A stretch of 64,000 nt of DNA from an uncultured Alphaproteobacteria bacterium (GCA_963822835.1 CAWGIZ010000011.1:218973-282972), one strand, 5' to 3'. Positions 19,784 through 30,512 are shown, numbered from the stretch's first letter. The notes: generated by a model from the sequence alone, not told the origin. A program made the numbers and translations.

Positions 19784-20734
19784 ATGATCCAACAACCCCT
19801 CGTAACCGTTTTCGGGGGCTCCGGCTTTATCGGCCGTCATCTCATCCGCCGGCTGTGCGCGAAAGGCTTCCGGGTCCGTGTCGCGGTGCGCCGGCCCAAT
19901 GAGGCCCTGTTCCTGAAACCGATGGGCGACGTGGGTCAGGTCCAGCTCGTGCAGGCGAATGTGCGCGACGACCGTTCGGTCGCCGCCGCCGTGGCCGGTG
20001 CCGCGAGCGTGGTCAATCTGGTGGGCATCCTCTTCGAGTCCGGCAAACAGAAATTCTCCGCCGTCCAGGCCGAAGCGCCGGGACGGATCGGCGCGGCGGC
20101 GAAGGCGGCCGGCGTGCGCCGCGTGATTCATCTCTCCGCGATCGGCGCCAGCGCGGATTCGGACGCCCGTTATGCCCGGTCCAAGGCAGCGGGAGAAGCC
20201 GCGGTGAAAGCCGCGTTCCCGGATACGACGATCCTGCGCCCGAGCATCGTTTTCGGCCCCGAGGACGATTTCTTCAACCGCTTTGCCGGCCTTGCCCGCA
20301 TGTTGCCCTTCATGCCCCTGATCGGCGGCGGCGAAACCAAATTCCAGCCGGTCTATGTCGGCGACGTGGCGGCCGCGATCGCGGCCTGCCTCGAGGATAC
20401 CTCGACGGCCGGAAAGACCTTCGAGCTAGGCGGCCCGCGCGTCTACAGCTTCCGTGATCTGATGGAGATCGTGCTCCGCGAAACCGACCGCAAGCGTCCG
20501 ATGATGGCCGTCCCGTCCGGCCTCGCGAAGATCAAGGCGTGGTTCCTCCAGATGGCGCCGAACCCGATGCTCACCGTCGATCAGGTCCGGCTCCTGGCCT
20601 ATGACAATGTCGTCTCGGACGGGGCCAAGGGCTTCAAGGCGCTCGGCATCTCGCCGACCACTGTCGAGGCGATCGTACCGTCCTATCTGTGGCGTTTCCG
20701 CCCCAAGGGCCAGTTCGAGGACAAGACGGCCTGA
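19784..20734 (+). CDS. NAD-dependent epimerase/complex I NDUFA9-like protein
   Basis: MIQQPLVTVFGGSGFIGRHL (Rossmann GxxGxxG), about 316 aa. This is a typical alphaproteobacterial NDUFA9 homologue. Confidence 0.8.
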   Translation: MIQQPLVTVFGGSGFIGRHLIRRLCAKGFRVRVAVRRPNEALFLKPMGDVGQVQLVQANVRDDRSVAAAVAGAASVVNLVGILFESGKQKFSAVQAEAPGRIGAAAKAAGVRRVIHLSAIGASADSDARYARSKAAGEAAVKAAFPDTTILRPSIVFGPEDDFFNRFAGLARMLPFMPLIGGGETKFQPVYVGDVAAAIAACLEDTSTAGKTFELGGPRVYSFRDLMEIVLRETDRKRPMMAVPSGLAKIKAWFLQMAPNPMLTVDQVRLLAYDNVVSDGAKGFKALGISPTTVEAIVPSYLWRFRPKGQFEDKTA

Positions 20735-20754
20735 GGCGTTATTCGCGCTGACCG

Positions 20755-22380
20755 CTATTCGCTCTGGGCTGAGGCCGCGACGACTTCGAGATTGAGCGCG
20801 GCGGCCATCAGCGCCCGGGTGTAATCCTCGCGCGGCGAATCGAAGATCTGCTGCGTCGTGCCTTCCTCGACCACCTTGCCGTTCCGCATCACGATCACAT
20901 AGTGGCTGAGCGCGCGCACGACGCGGAGATCGTGGCTGATAAACATATAAGCGAGATTGTGCCGCGCCTGCAGTTCGCGCAGCAGATCGACGATTTGCGC
21001 CTGCACCGACATATCGAGCGCCGAGGTCGGCTCGTCGAGCACGATGAAATCAGGCCGGAGCACGATGGCGCGTGCGATCGCCACGCGCTGACGCTGACCG
21101 CCGGAGAATTCATGCGGCAGCCGGTCCATCATCGCGCGGTCCAGCCCCACCTCCTCGAGCGTCCTGGCGATCAACTCGCGGCGGTCTTCCTGCGGCATGT
21201 GCGGCTCATGAATGCGAAGGCCCTCCCCGACGATCTCGCCGACGCTCATGCGCGGGCTCAGCGAGCCATAGGGATCCTGGAACACGATCTGCATCCGCCG
21301 CCGCAGCGGCCGCGTATCCTTGAAGCCCCGCCCCTGAATATCCTGACCGAACATGACGATCCGGCCTTCGCTACGGATCAACCGCAGGAGCGCGAGCCCG
21401 AGCGTGGTCTTGCCAGAGCCCGATTCGCCGACGACGCCGATCGTGTGGCCCCGTCTGACGGAGGCCTTCACGCCGTCCACCGCGCGCACGTAATCGACGG
21501 TGCGCTTCAGCACGCCCTTCTTGATCGGGAAATAGACCTTGAGATCCGGCGCCTCCATGACGACCGGTTCCTGCGGGTTCGGCGTTACCGGCGCGCCCTT
21601 CGGCTCGGCCGCGATCAGATGCCGGGTGTAGGCATGCTGCGGATTCTTGAGGACCTGCTCGACCGGCCCCAACTCGACGATCTCGCCTTTGGTCATCACG
21701 GCGACCCGCTCGGCGACCTTCGACACGATGGTCAGATCGTGGGTGATCAGCAGTACCGCCATCCCGAGCCGTGCCTGAAGCTGTTTCAGAAGCTTGAGGA
21801 TCTGCGCCTGGATCGTGACGTCGAGCGCCGTCGTCGGTTCGTCGGCGATCAGGAGTTCCGGCTCGTTCGCGAGCGCCATGGCGATCATCACGCGCTGACG
21901 CTGACCGCCGGAAAGCTCATGCGGATAAGCGCCCAGACGGCTTTCCGCGTCGCGCAGGCCGACCAGTTGCAACAGCTCCACCACGCGCGGTCGCGCGGCC
22001 TTGAGGTCGATGCCGCGATGGATCCGGATGATCTCGCCGATCTGCTTCTCGATGGTGTGCAGCGGGTTCAGCGAGGTCATCGGTTCCTGGAACACCATGG
22101 AGACCCGATTGCCGCGGAACCGGAGCAGCGTCTCGGTGGACGCGCCGAGAAGCTCCGTCCCTTCGAAGGTGATCGAACCCGATGGATGGAACGCGGTCGG
22201 CGGCAGCAATTGAGGAATCGAGAGCGCGGTGACGCTCTTGCCCGATCCGCTTTCGCCGACCAGCGCCAGGATCTCGCCCTTGTTGATGGTGAGAGAGACG
22301 CCCTTGACCGCGTCGACATCGCCATCGGGCGTGTGGAACGAGACCGAGAGGCCGCGGATATCGACGAGAGGCGCGGTCAT
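20755..22380 (-). CDS. yejF: peptide/microcin C ABC transporter, fused double ATPase
   Basis: Start [13 protein letters not shown] at 22380 (ATGA overlap with yejE). Two Walker A motifs ([16 protein letters not shown]) and two LSGGQRQR signatures. The 891-aa ORF extension upstream is out-of-frame yejE sequence. Confidence 0.9.
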   Translation of the reverse strand: MTAPLVDIRGLSVSFHTPDGDVDAVKGVSLTINKGEILALVGESGSGKSVTALSIPQLLPPTAFHPSGSITFEGTELLGASTETLLRFRGNRVSMVFQEPMTSLNPLHTIEKQIGEIIRIHRGIDLKAARPRVVELLQLVGLRDAESRLGAYPHELSGGQRQRVMIAMALANEPELLIADEPTTALDVTIQAQILKLLKQLQARLGMAVLLITHDLTIVSKVAERVAVMTKGEIVELGPVEQVLKNPQHAYTRHLIAAEPKGAPVTPNPQEPVVMEAPDLKVYFPIKKGVLKRTVDYVRAVDGVKASVRRGHTIGVVGESGSGKTTLGLALLRLIRSEGRIVMFGQDIQGRGFKDTRPLRRRMQIVFQDPYGSLSPRMSVGEIVGEGLRIHEPHMPQEDRRELIARTLEEVGLDRAMMDRLPHEFSGGQRQRVAIARAIVLRPDFIVLDEPTSALDMSVQAQIVDLLRELQARHNLAYMFISHDLRVVRALSHYVIVMRNGKVVEEGTTQQIFDSPREDYTRALMAAALNLEVVAASAQSE

Positions 22381-23420
22381 AGGCCGGTCTTCTTCGGATC
22401 GAAGGCGTCGCGCACGGCCTCGCCGATGAAGATGAGCAGACTCAGCATCAGTGCGAGGACCGCGAAGCCGGTGATCCCGAGCCACGGCGCCTGCACATTG
22501 GCCTTGCCCTGCGCCAGCAACTCGCCGAGCGAGGCCGAGCCGGGGGGCAGGCCGAAGCCGAGGAAATCGAGCGCCGTCAGCACCGTGATCGAGCCATTGA
22601 GCAGGAACGGCACGAAGGTCAGCGTCGCCACCATGGCATTGGGCAGAACATGGCGCAGGATGATCGACATGTTGCCCACGCCGAGCGCGCGCGCCGCTCT
22701 CACATAATCGAAATTCCGCGCGCGCAGGAATTCGGCGCGCACCACGGCCGTCAAACTCATCCACTGGAACAAGAGCAGGATCAGCAGCAGCCACCAGAAA
22801 TTCGGCTCCACCACGCTCGCAAGGATGATCAGGATGTAGAGGATCGGCAGGTTCGACCAGATCTCGATGAAGCGCTGGAACAGGAGATCCGTCAGGCCGC
22901 CGAAATAACCCTGCACCGCGCCCGCGAGCACGCCGATGATGGTCGAGAAGAAGGTCAGCGTGATGCCGAACAGCACCGAGATGCGGAAGCCGTAGATCAC
23001 GCGCGCCAGCACGTCGCGCGATTGATCGTCCGTACCGAGCGGGTTTTCGAGCGACGGCGGCGACGGGGCGGGCGTCGGCGGATTCTTGTTGATCGTGTCG
23101 TAGCTGTAGCGGAAGGGCGGCCAGATCATCCAGCCGTTGGATTCGATCTCCTTCTTGACGAAATCGTCGCGGTAATCGGTCTCGGCGAGGAAGCCGCCGA
23201 AGGTCGATTCCGGGTAGCTCTTGAAGACCGGGAAATAGAAGTGCCCCTTGTAGTCGACGAGCAGCGGCTTGTCGTTGGCGATGAATTCCGCAGGCAGCGT
23301 GAGGATCAGCAGAAGGATGAAGATCCACATGCTCCAATAGCCGCGCCTGTTGGCCTTGAAATTTCTGATCCGGCGCCGCGTGATCGGCGAGAGATCCCGT
23401 TTCCTGAGACGCGCAAACAT
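22377..23420 (-). CDS. yejE: ABC transporter permease
   Basis: 347 aa; the N-terminus (RRRIRNFKANRRGYWSMWIF...DKPLLV.Y) is characteristic of YejE. Confidence 0.85.
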   Translation of the reverse strand: MFARLRKRDLSPITRRRIRNFKANRRGYWSMWIFILLLILTLPAEFIANDKPLLVDYKGHFYFPVFKSYPESTFGGFLAETDYRDDFVKKEIESNGWMIWPPFRYSYDTINKNPPTPAPSPPSLENPLGTDDQSRDVLARVIYGFRISVLFGITLTFFSTIIGVLAGAVQGYFGGLTDLLFQRFIEIWSNLPILYILIILASVVEPNFWWLLLILLLFQWMSLTAVVRAEFLRARNFDYVRAARALGVGNMSIILRHVLPNAMVATLTFVPFLLNGSITVLTALDFLGFGLPPGSASLGELLAQGKANVQAPWLGITGFAVLALMLSLLIFIGEAVRDAFDPKKTGL

Positions 23421-23426
23421 TCCCGC

Positions 23427-24512
23427 TCACGCCTCCCTTTTTTCGAAGTCGATCCGTGGATCGACGATGGTGTAGGCAAGGTCGCCGACCAGATTCAACA
23501 CCAGCCCCAGCAGCGTGAAGATATAGAGCGAACCGAACACCACAGGATAATCCCGGTTCACGATGGACTCGAAACTCAACAGCCCGAGCCCGTCGAGCGA
23601 GAAGATCATCTCGATCAGCAGATTCTGCGTGAACAGAATTGCGATGAAGGCGGACGGGAAGCCCGCCACCACGATCAGGATCGCGTTGCGGAAGACGTGC
23701 CCATAGAGAATGCGTCTCTCGGTCAGCCCCTTGGCACGCGCGGTCGTGACGTAGAGCTTGTGAATCTCGTCCATGAAGGAGTTCTTGACCAGCATGGTGA
23801 GCGTCGCGAAGGACCCGATCACCATCGCCGTGATCGGCAGGCAGAGATGCCAGAAATAATCGAGGATTTTGGCGCCCCAGCTCAGCTGGTCCCAGTTATC
23901 CGAGACCAGGCCGCGCAACGGGAAAATCTGCCAATAGGATCCGCCCGCAAACAATACGATCAGCAGAATCGCGAACAGAAAGCTCGGCACCGAATAGCCG
24001 ACCACGATCACGCCGCTGGTCCAGATGTCGAATTTCGAGCCGTCCTTCACCGCCTTGCGGATTCCGAGCGGGATCGAGATGAAATAGGTCAGCAGCACGG
24101 TCCACACGCCGAGCGATATGGACACGGGCAGCTTCTGCCAGATGAGATCGACCACCGGCGTATCGCGGTAGAAGCTCTTGCCGAAATCGAACATCGTGTA
24201 GTTCTTGATCATCAGCCAGAAGCGCGTGGCGGGCGGCTTGTCGAAGCCGAACTGCTTTTCGAGCTCCTCGATGAATTTCGGATCGAGCCCCTGCGCGCCG
24301 CGATATTTGCTGTTCACGGAGCTTGAGCTGAAATCGCGCACCTGACCGCCGCCGATCCGCTCGGTCGCGGCTGTATCCATGCCGCTCACTTGCGCGATAA
24401 CCCGCTCCACCGGCCCGCCCGGCGCGAATTGCACGATGACGAAATTGATCACCATGACGCCGAACAGCGTCGGGATCATCAGCAACAGGCGGCGGATGAC
24501 ATAGGCGCCCAT
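23427..24512 (-). CDS. yejB: ABC transporter permease
   Basis: 361 aa; MGAYVIRRLLLMIPTLFGVMVINFVIVQFAPGGPVE is characteristic of YejB. Confidence 0.85.
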   Translation of the reverse strand: MGAYVIRRLLLMIPTLFGVMVINFVIVQFAPGGPVERVIAQVSGMDTAATERIGGGQVRDFSSSSVNSKYRGAQGLDPKFIEELEKQFGFDKPPATRFWLMIKNYTMFDFGKSFYRDTPVVDLIWQKLPVSISLGVWTVLLTYFISIPLGIRKAVKDGSKFDIWTSGVIVVGYSVPSFLFAILLIVLFAGGSYWQIFPLRGLVSDNWDQLSWGAKILDYFWHLCLPITAMVIGSFATLTMLVKNSFMDEIHKLYVTTARAKGLTERRILYGHVFRNAILIVVAGFPSAFIAILFTQNLLIEMIFSLDGLGLLSFESIVNRDYPVVFGSLYIFTLLGLVLNLVGDLAYTIVDPRIDFEKREA

Positions 24513-24515
24513 CGT

Positions 24516-26384
24516 CTAGTTGCCCCTCAATTCTTTGATGCGGCGCGCCTTGGCGGGATCGACCCACCACGTCTCCAGCACGCCGAGGCTGAATCTGGGG
24601 GCCAGCTTCGGCCGCGAGAACTTGTCCTCATAGGCGATAGGATGAATCGAGCGGTACCAGGCAGGGATCATGTAATGGCTCTGCATGATGACACGGTCCA
24701 GCGCCCGGCAGGCGACATCGAGCGACGCACGATCCGGCGCGCTGACGATCTGTTCGATCAATGCGTCGACCGCCTCGGAATGGACGCCGGCGAGATTGTA
24801 GGTGCCCGGCATGTCGGCCACCTTCGATCCCCAGACGTCGCGCAGATCGGGCCCCGGCGTCGGCGAGTTGCCGAGAGCCTGCAAGGCCATATCGAAATCG
24901 AAGCTCTTCAGCCGTGACTGGTATTCGGAGGAATCGACCGGCCGGATATTGGCCTGGATGCCGATACGTTTCAGGGATTCGACATAAGGCGAGAGAATGC
25001 GGGTGCTGCTCGGATCCTCGGACAGAAACTCGATCGCCAAGGGCTTGCCGTCGGGTCCGATGAGAACGCCGTTTTTCGCCTTGTATCCGGCGGCGGCCAG
25101 AAGCTGCATCGCCTTTCTCAGATTGTCGCGGTTATTGCCGCTGCCGTCGGTCTTCGGCGCGACATAGGGACCGTCGAACACGGCGTCGGGGATCTTGCCG
25201 CGCCACGGCTCCAGAAGCTTGAGTTCCGCCGCGCCGGGCTTGCCCTTCTGCGCCATCTCGGTGTTCTGAAAGATCAATTCATCGCGCGAATAGGCGCCGT
25301 AGAACAGATTCTTGTTCATCCATTCGAAGTCGAGCGCATAGTCGAGCGCCTCGCGCACGCGGATGTCCTTGAACTTGTCCTCGCGGGTGTTGATGAACAG
25401 ACCATAGAGCGGCGCGGGCTCGTAATCGGGCATTTCCTCCCGTTTGATGATGCCCTTGTCGAAGGCCGGGCCGGTATATTCGGTCGCCCAGCTCTTGGAG
25501 GTGAATTCCTCACGGAAACTGTAGACGCCGGCCTTGAACGCCTCGAGCGCGATGTTGCGGTCCCGGAAATACTGGAACGTGATGGTATCGAAGTTCAGGA
25601 TGCCGCGATTGATCGGCAAATCCTTGCCCCAATAATCGGGATCGCGCGTATAGGTGATGGAGCGGCCCTGCTTCACGTCCGTGATCCTGTAGGGCCCGCT
25701 GCCCATGGGCGGCTCCAGCGTCGTCTGATCGAAGGGATGGGCGGAATAATAGGCCTTCGAGAAGATCGGCAGCTCGGCGATGAAGAGCGGCAGGCTCCGG
25801 GAGTTCGCCCCCTTCCGGAAAGTGAACTTGACGCGATGGGCATCCAGCGCCTCCGACTTCTCGACATCCTCGATCGGAAAGCGGAAGCGCGGGCTGCCCT
25901 TTTCCTTGAGAAGCTCGATCGAATAGACGACATCTTCGGCGGTGATCGGCGTGCCATCGTGAAACCGGGCCTCGGGGCGCAGGTTGAAGATGATCCAGCT
26001 GCGGTCCGGCGGATATTCGACGCTCGAGGCGACCAGCCCATACATGTCGTCGGGCGTATCCTTTGCCCGCTGCATCAGGCTGTCGAACAGAAGGCTCCGC
26101 ACTTCCGGGCGGAACTCAAGGCCGCTCGCGAAATCGCCGCGATAGTAATAGGCGTTCAGCGTGTCGAAGGACTGGAATCCGCTATAGTCCAGCGTCGAGA
26201 TCTCGCCGCCCTTGGGCGCATCGGGATTCACGTAATCGAGATGCTGGAAGTCGGCCGGATATTTGAGATCGCCGAAACTCGACAGGCCATAGCTCTTGAT
26301 CACGCCCTCTTCCGCGCCCGCTGGTCCCGCGGTCAGGACGGCGCAAGCGAGGACGGCGAGGAAACCGGCCGCAACTCTTCTCAT
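24516..26384 (-). CDS. yejA: family-5 extracellular solute-binding protein (YejA-like), copy 1
   Basis: 622 aa with a signal peptide and the GDLKYPADFQHLDYVNPDAPKGG motif. Confidence 0.85.
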   Translation of the reverse strand: MRRVAAGFLAVLACAVLTAGPAGAEEGVIKSYGLSSFGDLKYPADFQHLDYVNPDAPKGGEISTLDYSGFQSFDTLNAYYYRGDFASGLEFRPEVRSLLFDSLMQRAKDTPDDMYGLVASSVEYPPDRSWIIFNLRPEARFHDGTPITAEDVVYSIELLKEKGSPRFRFPIEDVEKSEALDAHRVKFTFRKGANSRSLPLFIAELPIFSKAYYSAHPFDQTTLEPPMGSGPYRITDVKQGRSITYTRDPDYWGKDLPINRGILNFDTITFQYFRDRNIALEAFKAGVYSFREEFTSKSWATEYTGPAFDKGIIKREEMPDYEPAPLYGLFINTREDKFKDIRVREALDYALDFEWMNKNLFYGAYSRDELIFQNTEMAQKGKPGAAELKLLEPWRGKIPDAVFDGPYVAPKTDGSGNNRDNLRKAMQLLAAAGYKAKNGVLIGPDGKPLAIEFLSEDPSSTRILSPYVESLKRIGIQANIRPVDSSEYQSRLKSFDFDMALQALGNSPTPGPDLRDVWGSKVADMPGTYNLAGVHSEAVDALIEQIVSAPDRASLDVACRALDRVIMQSHYMIPAWYRSIHPIAYEDKFSRPKLAPRFSLGVLETWWVDPAKARRIKELRGN

Positions 26385-28321
26385 TGCGCCGATCCGCCGT
26401 CCTTAGCCTTGAGGGAGGTCGCCTTCGCCGAGTCCATCCACCAATTGTCGAGATAGTTCGTCGGGAAAGACGGCCGCGTATATTTTGGCAGGGTCTTCGG
26501 CATGCCGAACTTGTCCCAATAGGCGTAGCGGAAGCCGTTCCCGTCCACCTCGGGGATCGAATAAAAGCCCCATTGGAGGACGCGATCGAGCGCACGGCTG
26601 GCCGTGATCAGGGCCTGGCGGTCCTTCGAGAAAATGATGTCGTTGATCAGCGCGTCCACCACCGGGCTCTTGATGCCCATATAGTTCGCGCTGCCTTCCT
26701 TGTCGGCGGCCGCCGAGCCCCAGAAGTCGCGCTGCTCGTTGCCGGGCGACAGCGACTGGCCGATCGGCAGGATCGTCATGTCGTAATCGAAGGTCTGGAG
26801 GCGGCGGATATATTGCGTCTCATCCACCATGCGGAACGAGGCATCGATGCCGAGGAGCTTCAGATTGTCGACGAACGGCGCGACGACGCGCTCCTCGCTC
26901 GGATCCCGGGTCAGGATCTGGAAAGCGAATTGCTGGCCGGTGTCCTTGTTCACCATCTTGCCGCTCTGGATGACCCAGCCCGCCTCGGCCATCAGCTTCG
27001 CAGCCATGCGCAGATTCTTGCGCAGCGAATCCTGTGTTCCGTCGGTCTTGGGCGGATTGTATTCCTCGGTGAAAACGCGCGGATCGAGCTGAGCCTTGAA
27101 CGGTTCGAGGAGCTTCAACTCGGCGGGACTCGGCAGGCCGGTCGCGGCGAATTCCTTGCCCTCGAAATAGCTTCGGGGCTGCGCATAGAGACCGTAGAAG
27201 ATCGTCTTGTTGGTCCAGACGAAGTCATAGGCATAGGCGAGCGCCTCACGGACCTTCGGGTTTTCGAACTGTCCGCGCCGCAGATTGTAGAGAAAGCCCT
27301 GATACGTCTCGCCGTCGCCGGAATGACCGGTCTTGCGAATGATGCGGCCGTCCTTGACCGCGGGAGAATCGTAACCGGTCGCCCACTGCTTGGCGGAATT
27401 CTCGTAGCGGAAATCGATCTTGCCGGCCTTGAAGGCCTCCAGGATGACCGAGCCGTCGCGGTAATAGTCGAACCGGATCGTGTCGATGTTGAAGCGGCCC
27501 TTGTTGACGGGAAGATCCTTGCCCCAATAGTTGGGATCGCGCTGATAGGTGATCGACCGGCCGGGATCGAGTTTGGCGATCTTGTAGGGCCCGCTGGTCA
27601 GCGGCGGATCGAGCGTCGTCTCGGTGAAGTCATGCGCTTCCCAATATTTCTTCGGCAGCACCGGCATCTCGCCGACGATGAACGGGAGCTCGTTGTTGTT
27701 CTTCTCGTTGAAGCTGAAGCGCACCGTTCTGGGGCCGGTTTTCTCCGCCTTCGAGACATTGGCGTAGTAATTCCGGAACAGCGGCAGTCCCTTGTCCTTC
27801 AAGGTATTGAAGGTGAAGATCACGTCGTCCACCGTGATCGGGGTGCCGTCGCTCCAGCGCGCATTTGCGCGAAGCGTGAACTCGACCCAGGACTTGTCGT
27901 CCGGCACGCCGACAGATTCAGCAATCAGTCCGTATTCCGAGAAGGGCTCGTCATCGGCCTGCACCATCAGACTGTCGGTCGTGAGGTTCTGGCTCAGATA
28001 GCTGAGAATACCGCTCGCGGGCGTACCCCTGACGATATAGGGGTTCAGCGTGTCGTAGGTGGAGCTCAGCCCCGCCAGCACGACCGAGCCGCCTTTCGGG
28101 GCGTTCGGATCGGTGTAATCGAAATGCGTGAAATCCGGCCCGTATTTGAGCGGTCCGGAAATCGTGAGGCCGTGGGTGACCGTGACATGGGGCTCGGCCG
28201 CCCGGACTTCCAGAACCGCCGCGCTCGAGCAGATGGCCAGAACGCAGCCGACACTCGCCAGGAATTTCTTCACCGGCGGAAACCCGCGTTCGACCGGCCC
28301 GGAACACTCTTCCGCAGCCAA
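26381..28321 (-). CDS. family-5 solute-binding protein (YejA-like), copy 2
   Basis: ORF with a TTG start at 28321; the more likely start is GTG 28273 (VKKFLASVGCVLAICSSAAV, a signal peptide). The motif GPLKYGPDFTHFDYTDPNAPKGG is paralogous to copy 1. Confidence 0.8.
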   Translation of the reverse strand: MAAEECSGPVERGFPPVKKFLASVGCVLAICSSAAVLEVRAAEPHVTVTHGLTISGPLKYGPDFTHFDYTDPNAPKGGSVVLAGLSSTYDTLNPYIVRGTPASGILSYLSQNLTTDSLMVQADDEPFSEYGLIAESVGVPDDKSWVEFTLRANARWSDGTPITVDDVIFTFNTLKDKGLPLFRNYYANVSKAEKTGPRTVRFSFNEKNNNELPFIVGEMPVLPKKYWEAHDFTETTLDPPLTSGPYKIAKLDPGRSITYQRDPNYWGKDLPVNKGRFNIDTIRFDYYRDGSVILEAFKAGKIDFRYENSAKQWATGYDSPAVKDGRIIRKTGHSGDGETYQGFLYNLRRGQFENPKVREALAYAYDFVWTNKTIFYGLYAQPRSYFEGKEFAATGLPSPAELKLLEPFKAQLDPRVFTEEYNPPKTDGTQDSLRKNLRMAAKLMAEAGWVIQSGKMVNKDTGQQFAFQILTRDPSEERVVAPFVDNLKLLGIDASFRMVDETQYIRRLQTFDYDMTILPIGQSLSPGNEQRDFWGSAAADKEGSANYMGIKSPVVDALINDIIFSKDRQALITASRALDRVLQWGFYSIPEVDGNGFRYAYWDKFGMPKTLPKYTRPSFPTNYLDNWWMDSAKATSLKAKDGGSAQ

Positions 28322-28533
28322 TCCCCGTCTCTATCGAAAACGAACGCCAGTCTCACGCCAGGGCATGCCGCAGCCGTTTTCGATGATGCACTCATTCGAT
28401 TGTCACCTTCGGTAATCCACGAGGCCCTTAGGAAACAACAACCTGTAATTGGGATGCAACCGGTTTCGAACCGGGCGGGCCGAAACCTAGGCCTGCTGCG
28501 GCAATCCGCCCCGCCCCGATACCGGCCATTTCC

Positions 28534-30426
28534 CTAATGCGGTTCCCGTTGCGGCAGCGGATGGACCAGATCGAGCGCCGCCTGCTTCCTGGGATCGATC
28601 CACCAAAGATCGCGCACGACCCAGTTCAAATGCGGGAAATAGGTCGGCATCGTCCTCGGCCGGCCGAACTTGTCCCAGTAGGCCACGTTATAATTGCCGG
28701 AATACCATTCCGGCACGACGTAGTAATTCCACATCACGGCGCGATCGAGCGCGCGCGCCGCCGTCGTCAGCTCGCTGCGCGATTTCGCCGTGATCACGTC
28801 CCGGATCAGCGCGTCGACCGCGGGATTGCGGATACCGGCGAGATTGGGCTGATCGGGCTCGTCCACGGCCTCGGAACCGAATAGCTGGCGCAATTCCTCC
28901 CCCGGTGTCAGCCCGAGCGTGAAGCGCGCCTCGACGACGTCGTAATCGTGGGTCTTCATGCGCGCCTGATATTCCGCCGCGTCCACCAGTCGCACCACCG
29001 TGGCGATCCCGAGCGCCTTCAGCCGGCCGACATAGGTTTCGAGCAGCTTGGCCGATGCCTCGCCCTCGACGATGAACTCGATGGAGAGCTGATTGCCGTC
29101 CGTCCCGAGGAGCTTGCCGCCCTGGAGCGTGTAGCCGGCCTCGCTCAGCAGTGCCGCCGCCTGGTCCAGATACTGGCGGTTGTCGCGGGAGCCGTCGGTC
29201 CTGGGGAGCGAGAAGGCCGGGCCAAAGACCTCGGGCGGCAGCCGATCCCGGAACGGCGTCAGCAGCTCGGTCTCGTCCCGGGAGGGCGATCCCTCGGCGG
29301 CCAGACGGCTGTTCTCGAAAATGCTGAGACAGCGCTTGTAGAGGCCGTAGAAGACGGTCTTGTTCAGCCGCTCGAAATCGAAAGCATACGTCAGTGCCTT
29401 CCGGACCCGGATGTCCTGAAGCTTCCGGCGCCGGGTATTGAGAAACAGGCCCTGAAGCCCGGCGGGCATGTGATCGCGGATCGTGTCCCGCTTGACCCAA
29501 CCTTTCTTGAGGGCTGAAAAGTCGTATTCGTTTTCCCAGTCGCTGGAGGTCCATTCGACGCGAAAGTCGTAGAAGCCGCGCTTCAAGGCCTTGAGCTCGG
29601 TGGCGCGCGTCGGAAAATATTCGATCCGGATCGTATCGAAATTGTGCCGGCCGACATTCACCGGCAGATCCTTCGCCCAGTAATCCGGGTTGCGCCTGAA
29701 CTGGATGGTGCGGCCGAGCTCCGCTTTTTCGACGAGATAGGGTCCGCTGCCGAGGGGCGGCTCCAGGGTCGCCAGGTCGAACTGCTTCTTCGTCGTGTAA
29801 TAGGTCTTGGAGAAGATCGGCAGGCCCGCGACCACCATCGGCAGATCGCGCCGGTTATCGCCCGAGAAGACGACCTTCACGCGCGTCGGCCCCATGGCCT
29901 CCACGCTCGATACGTCGCGCAGCATCGCCTGATATTGCGGCAGCCCCTTGGCCTGCAGGGTCTCCACCGTGAAGACGACGTCCTCGGCGGTGAGCGGACT
30001 GCCGTCGCTGAACCGGGCCTCGGGCCGAAGATCGAAGATCGCCCAGCTGCGGTCGGTGGGGTAGGTGATCGATTTCGCGATCAGGCCGTACATCGCGTCC
30101 GGCTCGTCCAGCGAGGGAACCATCAGGCTGTCGAACAGGAGATCGAGCCCGCCGGCCGGGATGCCGCGCAGGACGAAGGGATTGAGGCTCGTGAAGGTGT
30201 TGCGCGGCTCGGGATCCGGCAAGGCCACGAGGCCGCCCTTGAGCGCCTTCGGATCGGCGTAATTGAAATGCTTGAAGTCCGCCGGATATTTGAGATCGCC
30301 GAAAGCCGAAACGCCGTGCGAGGTGATGATCTGGTCGGCCGCATCAGCGGCCAATGCTGGTCGCAAAGAGAAGACCGGCAGCGCGGCAAACACGAACAGC
30401 ACCAATAGCACGACGTGTCGCCCCAC
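28534..30426 (-). CDS. family-5 solute-binding protein (YejA-like), copy 3
   Basis: The ORF runs to 30711, but the signal peptide (HVVLLVLFVFAALPVFSLRPALA) begins at GTG 30426. Motif GDLKYPADFKHFNYADPKALKGG. The upstream extension translates a palindromic repeat. Confidence 0.8.
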   Translation of the reverse strand: MGRHVVLLVLFVFAALPVFSLRPALAADAADQIITSHGVSAFGDLKYPADFKHFNYADPKALKGGLVALPDPEPRNTFTSLNPFVLRGIPAGGLDLLFDSLMVPSLDEPDAMYGLIAKSITYPTDRSWAIFDLRPEARFSDGSPLTAEDVVFTVETLQAKGLPQYQAMLRDVSSVEAMGPTRVKVVFSGDNRRDLPMVVAGLPIFSKTYYTTKKQFDLATLEPPLGSGPYLVEKAELGRTIQFRRNPDYWAKDLPVNVGRHNFDTIRIEYFPTRATELKALKRGFYDFRVEWTSSDWENEYDFSALKKGWVKRDTIRDHMPAGLQGLFLNTRRRKLQDIRVRKALTYAFDFERLNKTVFYGLYKRCLSIFENSRLAAEGSPSRDETELLTPFRDRLPPEVFGPAFSLPRTDGSRDNRQYLDQAAALLSEAGYTLQGGKLLGTDGNQLSIEFIVEGEASAKLLETYVGRLKALGIATVVRLVDAAEYQARMKTHDYDVVEARFTLGLTPGEELRQLFGSEAVDEPDQPNLAGIRNPAVDALIRDVITAKSRSELTTAARALDRAVMWNYYVVPEWYSGNYNVAYWDKFGRPRTMPTYFPHLNWVVRDLWWIDPRKQAALDLVHPLPQREPH

Positions 30427-30512
30427 CTCGCCCCAACCCTCTCCGCCCACTTGTTGGCGCTCGCGGCGACAAGCGCCACAAGATGGGGCGGAGAGGGAGG
30501 GTGAGGTGGGGG
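30421..30512. repeat. REP-like long imperfect palindrome
   Basis: CCCCACCTCGCCCCAACCCTCTCCGCCC ... GGGCGGAGAGGGAGGGTGAGGTGGGG, with an inner palindrome CTTGTTGGCGCT/AAGCGCCACAAG. It abuts the predicted start of SBP copy 3. Confidence 0.6.

Noticed and set aside
20755-23430. 891-aa fusion-like ORF covering yejF plus upstream sequence.
   Set aside because: The N-terminal roughly 350 aa are an out-of-frame read of yejE. The real yejF starts at [10 protein letters not shown] (22380) with an ATGA overlap.
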